The translations under genes and the position numbers were made by a program. A stretch of 64,000 bases of DNA, taken from Alphaproteobacteria bacterium. Its GTDB lineage: Bacteria; Pseudomonadota; Alphaproteobacteria; Rs-D84. Positions 8,203 through 17,810 of the stretch are shown here, one piece after another. Under the pieces are notes generated by a model that saw only the letters and a program-made list of their open reading frames with translations, was not told the DNA's origin and ran no database searches. Each line of letters opens with the position of its first letter. Position 1 is the stretch's first letter. Where the stretch lies: NCBI GenBank assembly GCA_017505705.1, contig JAFVOS010000007.1, positions 37,967-101,966 of the forward strand. Reading direction: 5' to 3'.

Positions 8203-11200
8203 TTAATTCCAGCGAATTTTATATGCTTGTTCTCCGGGAACGCCTGTTTCGTTGGACGGCAACACCCCATCACACGTAGCGTTGTTAACAGATGATTGCC
8301 ATTCCCATTTCTGTTCTTCTTCGTCATATATAAGCGTGCACGTCTGTTGGCCGCTGTTACGAAGGTAATATTGGGTGACGCTGTTGGGGTTTGTTGGAAC
8401 ATAGTATACGCCAGTGTCATTGTTCACCACCAGATACCGGCCACCTCCACATTCGATGTTGTCACCAGAAGCGTCAAGTGTGCCATCCAGACAAATTAAT
8501 AAGTATTGTGAATCATCTGGGTAGTAGCCAGTTTCTTCGTTGCCAGTAAATGTCATTACCAGTTGGGCGCTTTTTACTGTTGCTGGTAAACACAATTTTA
8601 ATTCATTATTTGTTTCTGCCAGATCCTGGATAGCATTTATATAGTTGCGGTCTATGGAATTATCGTAATTTTGGATTTTAATCTCATGTTTTCCATCCAT
8701 GCAGCAGTTGCCCCATGAATCCTTGAAATTGTCGCTGGTACAGCAATTGGATTCATCAGATTCTGGGGTGTCAAATGCAGTTATACTGCAGCGTCCGCCG
8801 TCAGCAGTGAACATAGATGCAGGATAGCATAGGCCATTTTCAGGATCCATTTTGTACCCAGGACCACATGATGTGTCACGACAAGAGTCTGCCATTTGGT
8901 CTGTACCGGTGTTTAGTGCAAACCAATACAACAATGTACTGTCTGAATCGTTGATTGGTTTTTTTATTTTGTTGTGTGCCAGTTCGCCCAAGACGGTTGA
9001 TGGTACAACCTCGCAGTTGCCCCAAATTTTTTCAGCAATACGACATGTTTTGCATGTAAGAGAATTATCTTCAAATCCTTGGCATTTCTCAGATTCAATA
9101 CATATGTCGTATACGCAATTTTCCTTCTTGTTACCGGGGACAAGTTCTTTTTCGCCATTTTCTGTTTCTTTCCAGGAATCTCCATTGGTAATACACTGGT
9201 CAGCATAATCGCTGTGATAGCCAGAATTTTTTATGTTTAAAACGTCGTATATATCTTTGTTGTCTGTGTAATATAATGATTTATAGAAGGAATACGCAGG
9301 AATTTCCCCATATGTTTCGTCTTGGGTGTCTGTAATTATATTACGTTTAACCAACTGGTCCATTATGTTGTTGATAGATTCGGCGCCTGCATCGGCAACG
9401 CAATCAACAACCTCTTGCCAGCATGCGGTTCTGTTAATAATAGACTTACGGTTAACGGATGTTTCAATATTTTCGCACAGCCCAAAGTTGCCAGAAATTG
9501 ATTTGCATACCTGGATGATGCAGGCACGTCCAACCTCGCGGCAGGTTTTGATAACTGTATCGTATGTTTTGTCTGTCGCAATTTCGGTCATACCACCAAT
9601 CCAGTCTGTGTCGCCGTCCGTTGCTTGAAGCAGTGCTGTGCACGCTGTTTTTACATTCGCACACATTGCATTTACAGTGACGTCTGCAATAACGCCAAAT
9701 GTAGATAACGCACGTGCGTCAAATTCTTCCAGTGTTTTTGCAGTGTTGGACATGCATTGCGTTGTAAGGGTGGTGCAACTTTGGCGGACTTCTTCCAGTT
9801 TTGCATCTTGGGCCAATTTGATTTGTGACAGGGCGTCTTCAATAAAGTCTTGCCATACATAATCAGAAATATCCTGGCAATGTTCAGTAGCGGGTTCCAG
9901 GTACTGTTTCTTGGAATTTAAGAAAGATACAAATTTTTCGTTGCCAGGCATTCCAACCCATGTTTGATTTGCAGATGGTCGGGTTATTAAATAATTTAAG
10001 TTGGCTAAATTCACTGTTAAAAATGCTTCGCCGGTTGATGGGTCAATATATTGGCCGGTTGTGTCCAGGCATTTTACCAGATTTGGTCCGCATACAGATT
10101 GGTTGGTCAGCATTTCCAACATTTTCTTTTTACATGTTAAAATATCATCGGAATTTCTGTCTTGGTATACATTCAGGCGTGATATGTCCAATAATGCGCT
10201 GTTTTCACGTACCTTGTTGCGTGCTTGATCTGCTTGGGACTGATACGATTTTTTAACGGTGTTGCAATCTTGTTCAATCTGCATTTGATAGCCGCTTTCT
10301 GCAATTGATAACTGGTCTTCGGTACAGACTTCTTGGGCCATTTCACGACATACCGGCAGGGCGGCGGCATATAATTCTGTGCCCGTTTTTAGGGTGGTTG
10401 ATGCGCCCATCAATGAATCGACGTTATCAAAGGCGGCGTCTTCGTTTAAGGATAAAGAGATTGCTGTTAAATTTCTGTCAAAAGATTCATCTTCGAACGT
10501 TTTATTAAGTTTTTTGGATATCTCGTTCAGGATGTTTTGCGAATCGGATTTGTCTTTTTTGTTAAATGCCAATTCGCCTTCGGTGGCAACATTTAGGGCG
10601 GCGGCATCTTCGGCGTTCATGCTGACTGTCAACAGGCGTTGACTGAAATCCAGCATTTTTTCTTCGGCGGTTGCCAATTGTTTTTTTACAGTGTCAAATT
10701 CGTTCAAGCGTGATGAACATGCGCAACGTTTTAATTGGCTGTCTTTGTTGGCACAAAATTCGTCCATGCATTTATAGTAAACATCACGACATTCTTTGTT
10801 GTTGGAATTCATTATCGTGTTGCGCAATTCAAGTGTTTGCAATGGTGTGGTGCCACTGCGGCCAATGGATGCACGCTGGGCAGATTCACGATTTTGGCGG
10901 ATTCCGGATGGTATGCTGCGTGTTGCAGAACGTGTAATCGTGGCAGAACGTTGCGGGGCATATGCGGATTTTGTTGCACTTGTGCCAGCGGCAACAGCCC
11001 GACTGGTGACGTTGGTGCTGGTACTGCGGGCGGAAACAGATTCGGGAACATGATTGCGTGAAGATGCCGTCCGAGACACTGTTGAAACAGATGTTCCAGA
11101 TCGTGTTGCGGTTGTGCGCTGGCGTGTGTTTTGTGGGGTTTTGTTGGAAATGTTTGTTTGGCGTGAAATGCCAGACTTTATGCCCGGTTCAGCGGGGGTG

Positions 11201-11346
11201 GGCGTTTTTTTGCGGCTGGCTGTGGTTGTGCCCGTTGTGACACGACGTACAGCGGCGCGTGCTGCGTCGGTATCATCTGTTGCGTATGCGCCGCCAAAGC
11301 CAAGCAGCACAAGGCATACAGCTAAAATCGCCTTGATTCCCTTCAT
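8203..11346 (-). CDS. large secreted Cys-rich protein of unknown function
   Basis: signal peptide (MKGIKAILAVCLVLLGFGGAYA), R/S/T/A low-complexity N-terminus, helical middle region with spaced Cys pairs, Cys-rich C-terminus. Confidence 0.75.
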   Translation of the reverse strand: MKGIKAILAVCLVLLGFGGAYATDDTDAARAAVRRVTTGTTTASRKKTPTPAEPGIKSGISRQTNISNKTPQNTRQRTTATRSGTSVSTVSRTASSRNHVPESVSARSTSTNVTSRAVAAGTSATKSAYAPQRSATITRSATRSIPSGIRQNRESAQRASIGRSGTTPLQTLELRNTIMNSNNKECRDVYYKCMDEFCANKDSQLKRCACSSRLNEFDTVKKQLATAEEKMLDFSQRLLTVSMNAEDAAALNVATEGELAFNKKDKSDSQNILNEISKKLNKTFEDESFDRNLTAISLSLNEDAAFDNVDSLMGASTTLKTGTELYAAALPVCREMAQEVCTEDQLSIAESGYQMQIEQDCNTVKKSYQSQADQARNKVRENSALLDISRLNVYQDRNSDDILTCKKKMLEMLTNQSVCGPNLVKCLDTTGQYIDPSTGEAFLTVNLANLNYLITRPSANQTWVGMPGNEKFVSFLNSKKQYLEPATEHCQDISDYVWQDFIEDALSQIKLAQDAKLEEVRQSCTTLTTQCMSNTAKTLEEFDARALSTFGVIADVTVNAMCANVKTACTALLQATDGDTDWIGGMTEIATDKTYDTVIKTCREVGRACIIQVCKSISGNFGLCENIETSVNRKSIINRTACWQEVVDCVADAGAESINNIMDQLVKRNIITDTQDETYGEIPAYSFYKSLYYTDNKDIYDVLNIKNSGYHSDYADQCITNGDSWKETENGEKELVPGNKKENCVYDICIESEKCQGFEDNSLTCKTCRIAEKIWGNCEVVPSTVLGELAHNKIKKPINDSDSTLLYWFALNTGTDQMADSCRDTSCGPGYKMDPENGLCYPASMFTADGGRCSITAFDTPESDESNCCTSDNFKDSWGNCCMDGKHEIKIQNYDNSIDRNYINAIQDLAETNNELKLCLPATVKSAQLVMTFTGNEETGYYPDDSQYLLICLDGTLDASGDNIECGGGRYLVVNNDTGVYYVPTNPNSVTQYYLRNSGQQTCTLIYDEEEQKWEWQSSVNNATCDGVLPSNETGVPGEQAYKIRWN

Positions 11347-11418
11347 CCTTATATGGGTAAGTGTAGCAAATTTAAGAAAAACCGGGCAAGTAAAATATAT
11401 TTTTTTATGCAACTAAAT

Positions 11419-11504
11419 TGGTGCGGCCAGGGGGAATCGAACCCCCAAGGATTTTGTCCACAGCATCCTTAGTGCTGCGCGTCTACCAATTCCGCCATGA
11501 CCGC
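11419..11504 (-). tRNA. tRNA-Leu(AAG)
   Basis: 86-nt cloverleaf with long variable arm; anticodon arm cagca-CT AAG GA-tgctg; encoded CCA. Confidence 0.92.
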
Positions 11505-11596
11505 ATTTATTTTGTGTATTTTGACAAGAACATGTTTTTTTTTCAACCTTTTTATGATATTATTATGTTGATAATTGTGAAAGGTAAGGAAAAAAT

Positions 11597-13168
11597 ATGA
11601 AGGCTTTATCAAAAATTTTGTGTGGATGTTCAATGCTGGTATTGGTGCCGGCGGCTGTAAATGCGGCTGGAACGTATTATACAGGGAATACGTATCAATC
11701 GCCCCAGGTGGCACGATATAACTCATCTGCGTATTCGAATTCACGCAGCACGATGGGAACGGGTGCATATAATCAGGCACGTTATTCGTCGTATACAAAT
11801 AGATATGGTCAAAATGCTCAAAATGGTCGTGTGGCAATGCAAAATCGTGGCCAATCACAGCAGCAGAATGCCAAGGGGCAAAAAGAACAGGTAAAGTCTG
11901 GTGGATTTAAACTGGATGCGGGGCTGTCGTATAAGACCGGAATGTGGCAGTTTGATATGAATACAGCTGGGTCTCGGTTGCATTATGATAATTTGGGATG
12001 GGCTGTGTTTGATGTTAATGCAGGCTATGATTTTAATGTTGGAAAATCCGTTTTGGCGTTAAAGGCCGGCGTGGAATATGGTATGCAGATTGGTGAATCA
12101 ACCATGATTGACGACGATATTTCAAACGGCGGGTATGAGGTGCAACGCTGGTATAATGATGCAGGTGGTCTGGAACAAATTCAAATGGGGCATGCGCTGT
12201 CGGTTGGTGCAACCAAGGGCGGTGATATGCTGGGGCTGAACGCCAGTGTGGGATTGAAAGATGTCTTTACATGGGGCAAGGTTAAAATTACACCATCGAT
12301 TGGGTGGCGTCACTTTAAATATACCCTGGAGACCAAGGGGAACTATGGATTAAAGATTGATACGCTGAATAACAACGGTTCGTGTACAGATTATGATGGT
12401 ATGACCCAGTGCTGGCCAGCAATTGGATTTTATCAGGTGCTAAGTACCAATGATGTACAATATCAGTTTAAAGATTTTGTATATGTTGATATTGATGGTG
12501 ATGATTTGGCCGATTTGGCGGGAATTCCATTGGATGGATTGTCTGGGTATGTTGATACGATGGATTCGTTCTATTTTCATCAGTCTAATATGAGTCATTC
12601 ATACGAAGTGACGTGGTCGGGACCGTTCTTGGCGTTGGATATGTTGTATGATATCAATGAAAATAATGCGGTGACCGCACGCCTGGAAATTGGTTTGCCT
12701 GGATATAATGCAACCGCAGATCAACCATATCGTACAGAATGGCAACATCCAAAATCAATCGAAGATGAAGCCGGTATCGGTTCTGCATTTCATATTGGGT
12801 TGGGGGCAAATTGGACAACAGCACTGACGGATCGTGTGTCTTTGTCATTGGGTGTGACATATGATTACTATAATGTAAGTGGGGCAGATGCGAATACGTA
12901 TCTGGATCCTACATACTGGCAGGCTGTCTATGATGGGATATTAGATGCGTATGAAAATGATCCTGAATTAACATTTGCAGATCGTGCCGAAGCGGAACAG
13001 GCAATGTTGAATGGGTTTATTTATGGGGACTATGAATATGGCCCAGATGCAACAGCGGTGTATATAAACAATGTTCGGTCCAATGGATGGAAAGATACTG
13101 TTTCAGATGAAATTGATTCTTTCTTTAAGTCGTTGGGGGTTCGTGTTGGCTTGACTGCACGTTTTTAA
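11597..13168 (+). CDS. outer-membrane beta-barrel protein with long loops
   Basis: signal peptide, Q/N/Y-rich linker, amphipathic strands, C-terminal VGLTARF. Confidence 0.7.
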   Translation: MKALSKILCGCSMLVLVPAAVNAAGTYYTGNTYQSPQVARYNSSAYSNSRSTMGTGAYNQARYSSYTNRYGQNAQNGRVAMQNRGQSQQQNAKGQKEQVKSGGFKLDAGLSYKTGMWQFDMNTAGSRLHYDNLGWAVFDVNAGYDFNVGKSVLALKAGVEYGMQIGESTMIDDDISNGGYEVQRWYNDAGGLEQIQMGHALSVGATKGGDMLGLNASVGLKDVFTWGKVKITPSIGWRHFKYTLETKGNYGLKIDTLNNNGSCTDYDGMTQCWPAIGFYQVLSTNDVQYQFKDFVYVDIDGDDLADLAGIPLDGLSGYVDTMDSFYFHQSNMSHSYEVTWSGPFLALDMLYDINENNAVTARLEIGLPGYNATADQPYRTEWQHPKSIEDEAGIGSAFHIGLGANWTTALTDRVSLSLGVTYDYYNVSGADANTYLDPTYWQAVYDGILDAYENDPELTFADRAEAEQAMLNGFIYGDYEYGPDATAVYINNVRSNGWKDTVSDEIDSFFKSLGVRVGLTARF

Positions 13169-13186
13169 GGTATAAAATAGCATAGC

Positions 13187-13792
13187 ATGAAAAAATATTT
13201 ATTTGCTTTGTTGGGGCTTGTGTATATATCGGTGGCAAATGCCACCGGTTTATACGGTGTGGCAAACGTTAATGTCACCAGTGATACTGCGAATGCCGCA
13301 AAAAACATGGCCATGACAGAGGCAAGACGGCAGATTATAACGGATGTTTTGGGGCAATATTCTGACAGGGGAACATTGTTGCCGGCGTTACAGGCGACAG
13401 ATGATGCAAAACTGATGGGATTGATTGCAACAACTGCGATTGATGGGGAACAGACGTCTGATACGACGTATTCTGCCAATATTTCGATGACGCTGGATTT
13501 AGATGCAGCACGTCAGTGGTTGGTTGAAAATGAAATTCAGAACTGGTTGCCAAATGCAGCGGACAAGAATTATTTTGTCGTGACAGTTAACTTAAAAGAT
13601 GTAATTGCAGATTGGGCGGAACTGAATAAAATTGCACGTGATGAAAAGATTGATTTTCAGACACGTGGAATTAATGGGGCAACTGTGACGTTGGATGTCC
13701 CGGTGACCCAGCGTGGGGCATTTACGATTGCTGTGCGTGAGGGGGGATGGCATTTTGCCAATATGGATACCGGATTGCGTATTTGGAAATAG
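13187..13792 (+). CDS. secreted hypothetical protein
   Basis: signal peptide (MKKYLFALLGLVYISVANA); 201-aa ORF in a co-oriented cluster. Confidence 0.65.
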   Translation: MKKYLFALLGLVYISVANATGLYGVANVNVTSDTANAAKNMAMTEARRQIITDVLGQYSDRGTLLPALQATDDAKLMGLIATTAIDGEQTSDTTYSANISMTLDLDAARQWLVENEIQNWLPNAADKNYFVVTVNLKDVIADWAELNKIARDEKIDFQTRGINGATVTLDVPVTQRGAFTIAVREGGWHFANMDTGLRIWK

Positions 13793-13811
13793 TTTTTAAT
13801 TGGGGGATGGT

Positions 13812-14666
13812 GTGAAAAAAGTTTCTTTGATTTGTCTGTTGGGATTGTTGCCATTATCGGCATTCGCAGAAGGTGATGATGCCAGCTTGGTTTTGTCTGT
13901 GCGTCGTATCGGGTTGGAACTATCGCAAACCCAGGTTCGTAATGCCAATGAATACAAGAATTCGCCTGTGTCTGTATTGGCGGCGGACAGTCAAGAATTT
14001 ATAAAGGGTGTATTTGATACAGCATTAGAATACAAGAAAAATCGTTTCCAATGGGATAATACACTGTTTATGGAATATGGGGAAACCAAACTGAAACCCG
14101 AAGATGGGGAAACGACATCCAGTGAAAATGCTGATGATATATTGTTGTCCAGTAATTTGGAATATGAATGTTGGGAATTTTCAGGATTTAAGTTTGGTCC
14201 GACTGTTCGTGCGGCATATGATACTGAATTTGTGACAACAGGTGATGCACCACGACAGAATATTGTTCGTGCCAATGCTGGTTTATCACTGTTTGACAAC
14301 AAGGTTGTAAAAAGTCTGTATCTAACCGGCGTGTATGAATATGATTTTACATATTCCGATAATAAAATTTCAAAAACCGCTGCAGAAGTGGGGTGGCGTT
14401 TAGAATATGAAGTGCGTGATGGGGTAAAGCTGTCGTCTAATGGATATTATCGTGAATATTTGGCATATTCTAGTTATGAGGAAACAGACTTGGAACGTGA
14501 TTTAAGTGCGGTTGCACGTCTGGATACGAATTTATGGGGCGATTTGACATTGGGGCCGTATGTTCAATATCGTCGTGCACGTGCACGTGGTGTGGATGTA
14601 TACGGCAGTAATTTTATTGTTGGTATATCATTTAACTATATCACTAAGTTTGGTCTGATAAAATAA
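13812..14666 (+). CDS. putative outer-membrane beta-barrel protein
   Basis: GTG start after GGGGGA, signal peptide, alternating aromatic beta strands. Confidence 0.6.
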   Translation: MKKVSLICLLGLLPLSAFAEGDDASLVLSVRRIGLELSQTQVRNANEYKNSPVSVLAADSQEFIKGVFDTALEYKKNRFQWDNTLFMEYGETKLKPEDGETTSSENADDILLSSNLEYECWEFSGFKFGPTVRAAYDTEFVTTGDAPRQNIVRANAGLSLFDNKVVKSLYLTGVYEYDFTYSDNKISKTAAEVGWRLEYEVRDGVKLSSNGYYREYLAYSSYEETDLERDLSAVARLDTNLWGDLTLGPYVQYRRARARGVDVYGSNFIVGISFNYITKFGLIK

Positions 14667-14701
14667 TGAAAAATCGCCGGATGGCGGTTTTTTTATTGCT
14701 T

Positions 14702-15730
14702 TTAAGCGCTCCATATTTTTACACCGAACAGATACACATGTTTTTCAATTTGGCTGTAGTGAACCGTAGCAATTTTGAATTTGCCGAACAGTTTATAGTC
14801 TCGTACAAAATAGGTATTCTGTTTTACGATTTCTATAACACCTTTGGGGTCGTTATTCCACAGCGACAACACCAATGAATAATCTTTCTCGATTAAAAAA
14901 TCTATGTGTCGTAGTGTTTTGAACAACGAACATGCCGCAGTCGCTAGTTTTATCTGATTGTCTGGTGCAACACGCAATATTCTGTTGCACATAAATAAAA
15001 ATCGGCGCTCTACAGCGATTTCATAAGACTTTTTATCCACAAAAGTTGCCAAATTATAACAGTCAATAATTTTTGCAAGAGACGTTATAAAGTCATCAAC
15101 TTGTTTTTCACCCCATATTACAGCATCCAACGAGCCAAAATGTTTCATATAGTGATATGCCGTACCACGTACATGTCTAATTGGTTTTGGCATATGGGTT
15201 TTGACCATCGATTCAAAAACAGAATCTTCGCCAATGCACAGGTTCGGATAGTGTAAATTATATCTGTTCAGCATGTCACGCAAATAGACCGCTGAATAAT
15301 GATACTTAAAATGGTGAAAGTTTTCTTTAACAGGGATATTTATTTTAAATGGTTTTCCTTTTATTGGATGTTCAATAACATCACCGCATACCACAGGCGT
15401 CTGGGTCTTTTCAGCGGTTTTGATTAATTTTTTATAAAAGTCACTTTCAATCCAGTCGTCTGGATCAACAAAGCCAACAAATTCACCCTGGGCCGCATCG
15501 ATACCACGATTTCGGCTGTATCCAACACCCATGTTTTCATCATTTTCCAGAATACGTATACGCAAATCATTCTTGGCGCATAATTTTAGTATTTCCAGTG
15601 TATTATCTGTTGATTTGTCATCGATACAGATAATTTCCATATCTGTTAAGCTTTGGTTCGTGACACTTAATAAACAGCGGTCAACCCATGGTGCAACATT
15701 ATAGCATGGTATAATTACAGATAACTTCAT
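14702..15730 (-). CDS. glycosyltransferase family 2
   Basis: LSVIIPCYN, IDDKSTD, RNRGI...FVDPDD. Confidence 0.9.
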   Translation of the reverse strand: MKLSVIIPCYNVAPWVDRCLLSVTNQSLTDMEIICIDDKSTDNTLEILKLCAKNDLRIRILENDENMGVGYSRNRGIDAAQGEFVGFVDPDDWIESDFYKKLIKTAEKTQTPVVCGDVIEHPIKGKPFKINIPVKENFHHFKYHYSAVYLRDMLNRYNLHYPNLCIGEDSVFESMVKTHMPKPIRHVRGTAYHYMKHFGSLDAVIWGEKQVDDFITSLAKIIDCYNLATFVDKKSYEIAVERRFLFMCNRILRVAPDNQIKLATAACSLFKTLRHIDFLIEKDYSLVLSLWNNDPKGVIEIVKQNTYFVRDYKLFGKFKIATVHYSQIEKHVYLFGVKIWSA

Positions 15731-15740
15731 AGAAAACACC

Positions 15741-16742
15741 TTAGCCAAAGATTTTCATAAACAGCCACAGTATGATACGGCGACTGCGTTTCAAGTATTT
15801 TGTCGGAAAATATTCTGTGCCGTATATTTGTTTTAATTGTTTTGCGGATTCATACATCATACGACCACTGGCAAGTGTTTTTATAATAAACTCGTACGTT
15901 AACATATCTAAATAATTTGCATAGAAATGTTTATGATATCGTTTTGAATAATATGTATCCATAATCCAACGCAATCGGTGCATTGTCGGTACAATCCATG
16001 TAAATGATTTTTGATTAAATGGCGCAGCCGATACAGAACGACGTGCTGCACGATGATATACAACCATTGCACGTGTTTCTATAATACGTCTGGCACGTGG
16101 CAGGGCCTCATATATAAAGCATGTATCTTCACCCGGGTACAGTTGTTCGTCAAAGCGGACATCTTGCAAGACCTCTCGTCGGAACAGTCGGCGCCACACC
16201 CACACCAATCGATGGGTTTCCCCCAGATATTCCATTTTGATAACATCGACATCGTTAAAGCCCAAGATTACAAATTGTGGGTTTGCATAATTTACCACCG
16301 GTGTGTCAGCCAACTTAAAGTCGTCTGGTACCGTCACCCCACCACCACCGATGATGTCAGCATGGTTTTGTTCACCAACTTCGTATAAAATCTTTAACGC
16401 ATCAGAATAAAAACAGTCGTCAGAATCCATAAAACTTATCCAGCGTCCACGTGCCATATTTAATCCGACATTACGTGCGGCAGATACACCTTTGTTCTCT
16501 TGGAACACTGGGATAATACGTGGGTCTTGTTTAGCCCATCGTTTGATGATGTTTTTTGAACCGTCTGTTGAACCGTCGTCAACGATAATACATTCAAAAT
16601 CTGTGAATGTTTGTGTGACGATACTGCGGATACAATCGTCCAGATAAATATCGTTATTGTAATTGGCGACCAGAATAGATATAGCTGGTTGCTTTTTATT
16701 AGATGTATTGTTTTTATTAATTTTTTGTGGGTTTGGTTTCAT
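15741..16742 (-). CDS. glycosyltransferase family 2
   Basis: ISILVANYN, VDDGSTD, ARNVGL...FMDSDD. Confidence 0.9.
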   Translation of the reverse strand: MKPNPQKINKNNTSNKKQPAISILVANYNNDIYLDDCIRSIVTQTFTDFECIIVDDGSTDGSKNIIKRWAKQDPRIIPVFQENKGVSAARNVGLNMARGRWISFMDSDDCFYSDALKILYEVGEQNHADIIGGGGVTVPDDFKLADTPVVNYANPQFVILGFNDVDVIKMEYLGETHRLVWVWRRLFRREVLQDVRFDEQLYPGEDTCFIYEALPRARRIIETRAMVVYHRAARRSVSAAPFNQKSFTWIVPTMHRLRWIMDTYYSKRYHKHFYANYLDMLTYEFIIKTLASGRMMYESAKQLKQIYGTEYFPTKYLKRSRRIILWLFMKIFG

Positions 16743-16891
16743 TTTTATTTACCTTGCATTAGTTTATACCATGGCATTTTTTTCAATACCCGTTTACCCC
16801 CCCCATATCCACCGACAGACATCCCCCCATTAGACCACAGGAATTCTTCAGCTAATTTTTTTATTTTATCTTTGCGCTTCATAATAAAAAC

Positions 16892-17773
16892 CTAATAACT
16901 ATAATAACAATTTTTTGTTGGATAATAGAAACCCGTTTTATCTATATTTCCCGCTAAATAGTGTGTTGATGTACAATTTGTTGAGCAATAGCTATTACCA
17001 ACATAACATTCAGTTATAGCTGATGCACCCGTAGACGATGTGTAAACAGCAGCCGCCGTTCCATAATGAGTGTTTCCATATTGAACAAAGACAAAAGATG
17101 TGTTGGCAATTGTACCGTATGGACACGATGAACAGCTTGTTTGCCCTGTTAATGAGTTATAATAGCCTATGCTGCAGGGGGTGCAAGTGTTTCCTCCTGC
17201 TTTATATGTGCCTGCCGGACATGGCACGCATTGATTGTTAGAAGCTATTTGTCCGGTTGAACATTCCGAACATATTTGTATAAAATAGCTCAAATTGTTC
17301 ACGGTAGTTGACACCAATTTTTTAATGTAGTTAAGGTTAGCACAATTACAATCTGTGGATGCGACTATGCCAGCTGGTAATGCAACTGTTCCCATGCATG
17401 AGCCTATTGCAAGGTAGGCAGGACCTATGTTTGGATAGTCAGCAAAACCGCTAAAGGAACCACAAGTCATTCTATCCAGTGAATTGAACATGGCAACTTC
17501 AGTTTCGTTCATACAATAACATCTGTCTGAGCTAATACAACCAGAATTGCCTGCTAAATAGAATAGCAAATTATTGCCCCATTTCCCACTTACGTAGGAA
17601 TTGTTAAGAAGAATACATTGTGAGGCACATCCTGCATCAGCCAGATTCTGTGTATTGGCCATAGTATGCCAAACCAATGCACATGAAAATCTTGTATTCA
17701 TGAATATGTTTGTCATAAAACACAATCCGATTAGTAAAAACCGTTTAAATGGACTTAATTTTATGTTTTGCAC
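16892..17773 (-). CDS. secreted Cys-rich surface protein with GCC2/GCC3 (ephrin-receptor-like) repeats
   Basis: GTG start after GAGGA; signal peptide; CVPCPAGTYK...CTPCSIGYYNSLTGQTSCSSCP repeats. Confidence 0.75.
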   Translation of the reverse strand: MQNIKLSPFKRFLLIGLCFMTNIFMNTRFSCALVWHTMANTQNLADAGCASQCILLNNSYVSGKWGNNLLFYLAGNSGCISSDRCYCMNETEVAMFNSLDRMTCGSFSGFADYPNIGPAYLAIGSCMGTVALPAGIVASTDCNCANLNYIKKLVSTTVNNLSYFIQICSECSTGQIASNNQCVPCPAGTYKAGGNTCTPCSIGYYNSLTGQTSCSSCPYGTIANTSFVFVQYGNTHYGTAAAVYTSSTGASAITECYVGNSYCSTNCTSTHYLAGNIDKTGFYYPTKNCYYSY

Positions 17774-17810
17774 AGTAAATCCTCTAGCTTTTTGTTTTAA
17801 TCACACGTAT

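Noticed and set aside
11419-11504. Reading the anticodon as TAA
   Set aside because: That register disrupts the 5-bp anticodon stem and removes U33.
11418-11600. 60-aa ORF on the + strand
   Set aside because: Antisense shadow of tRNA-Leu.
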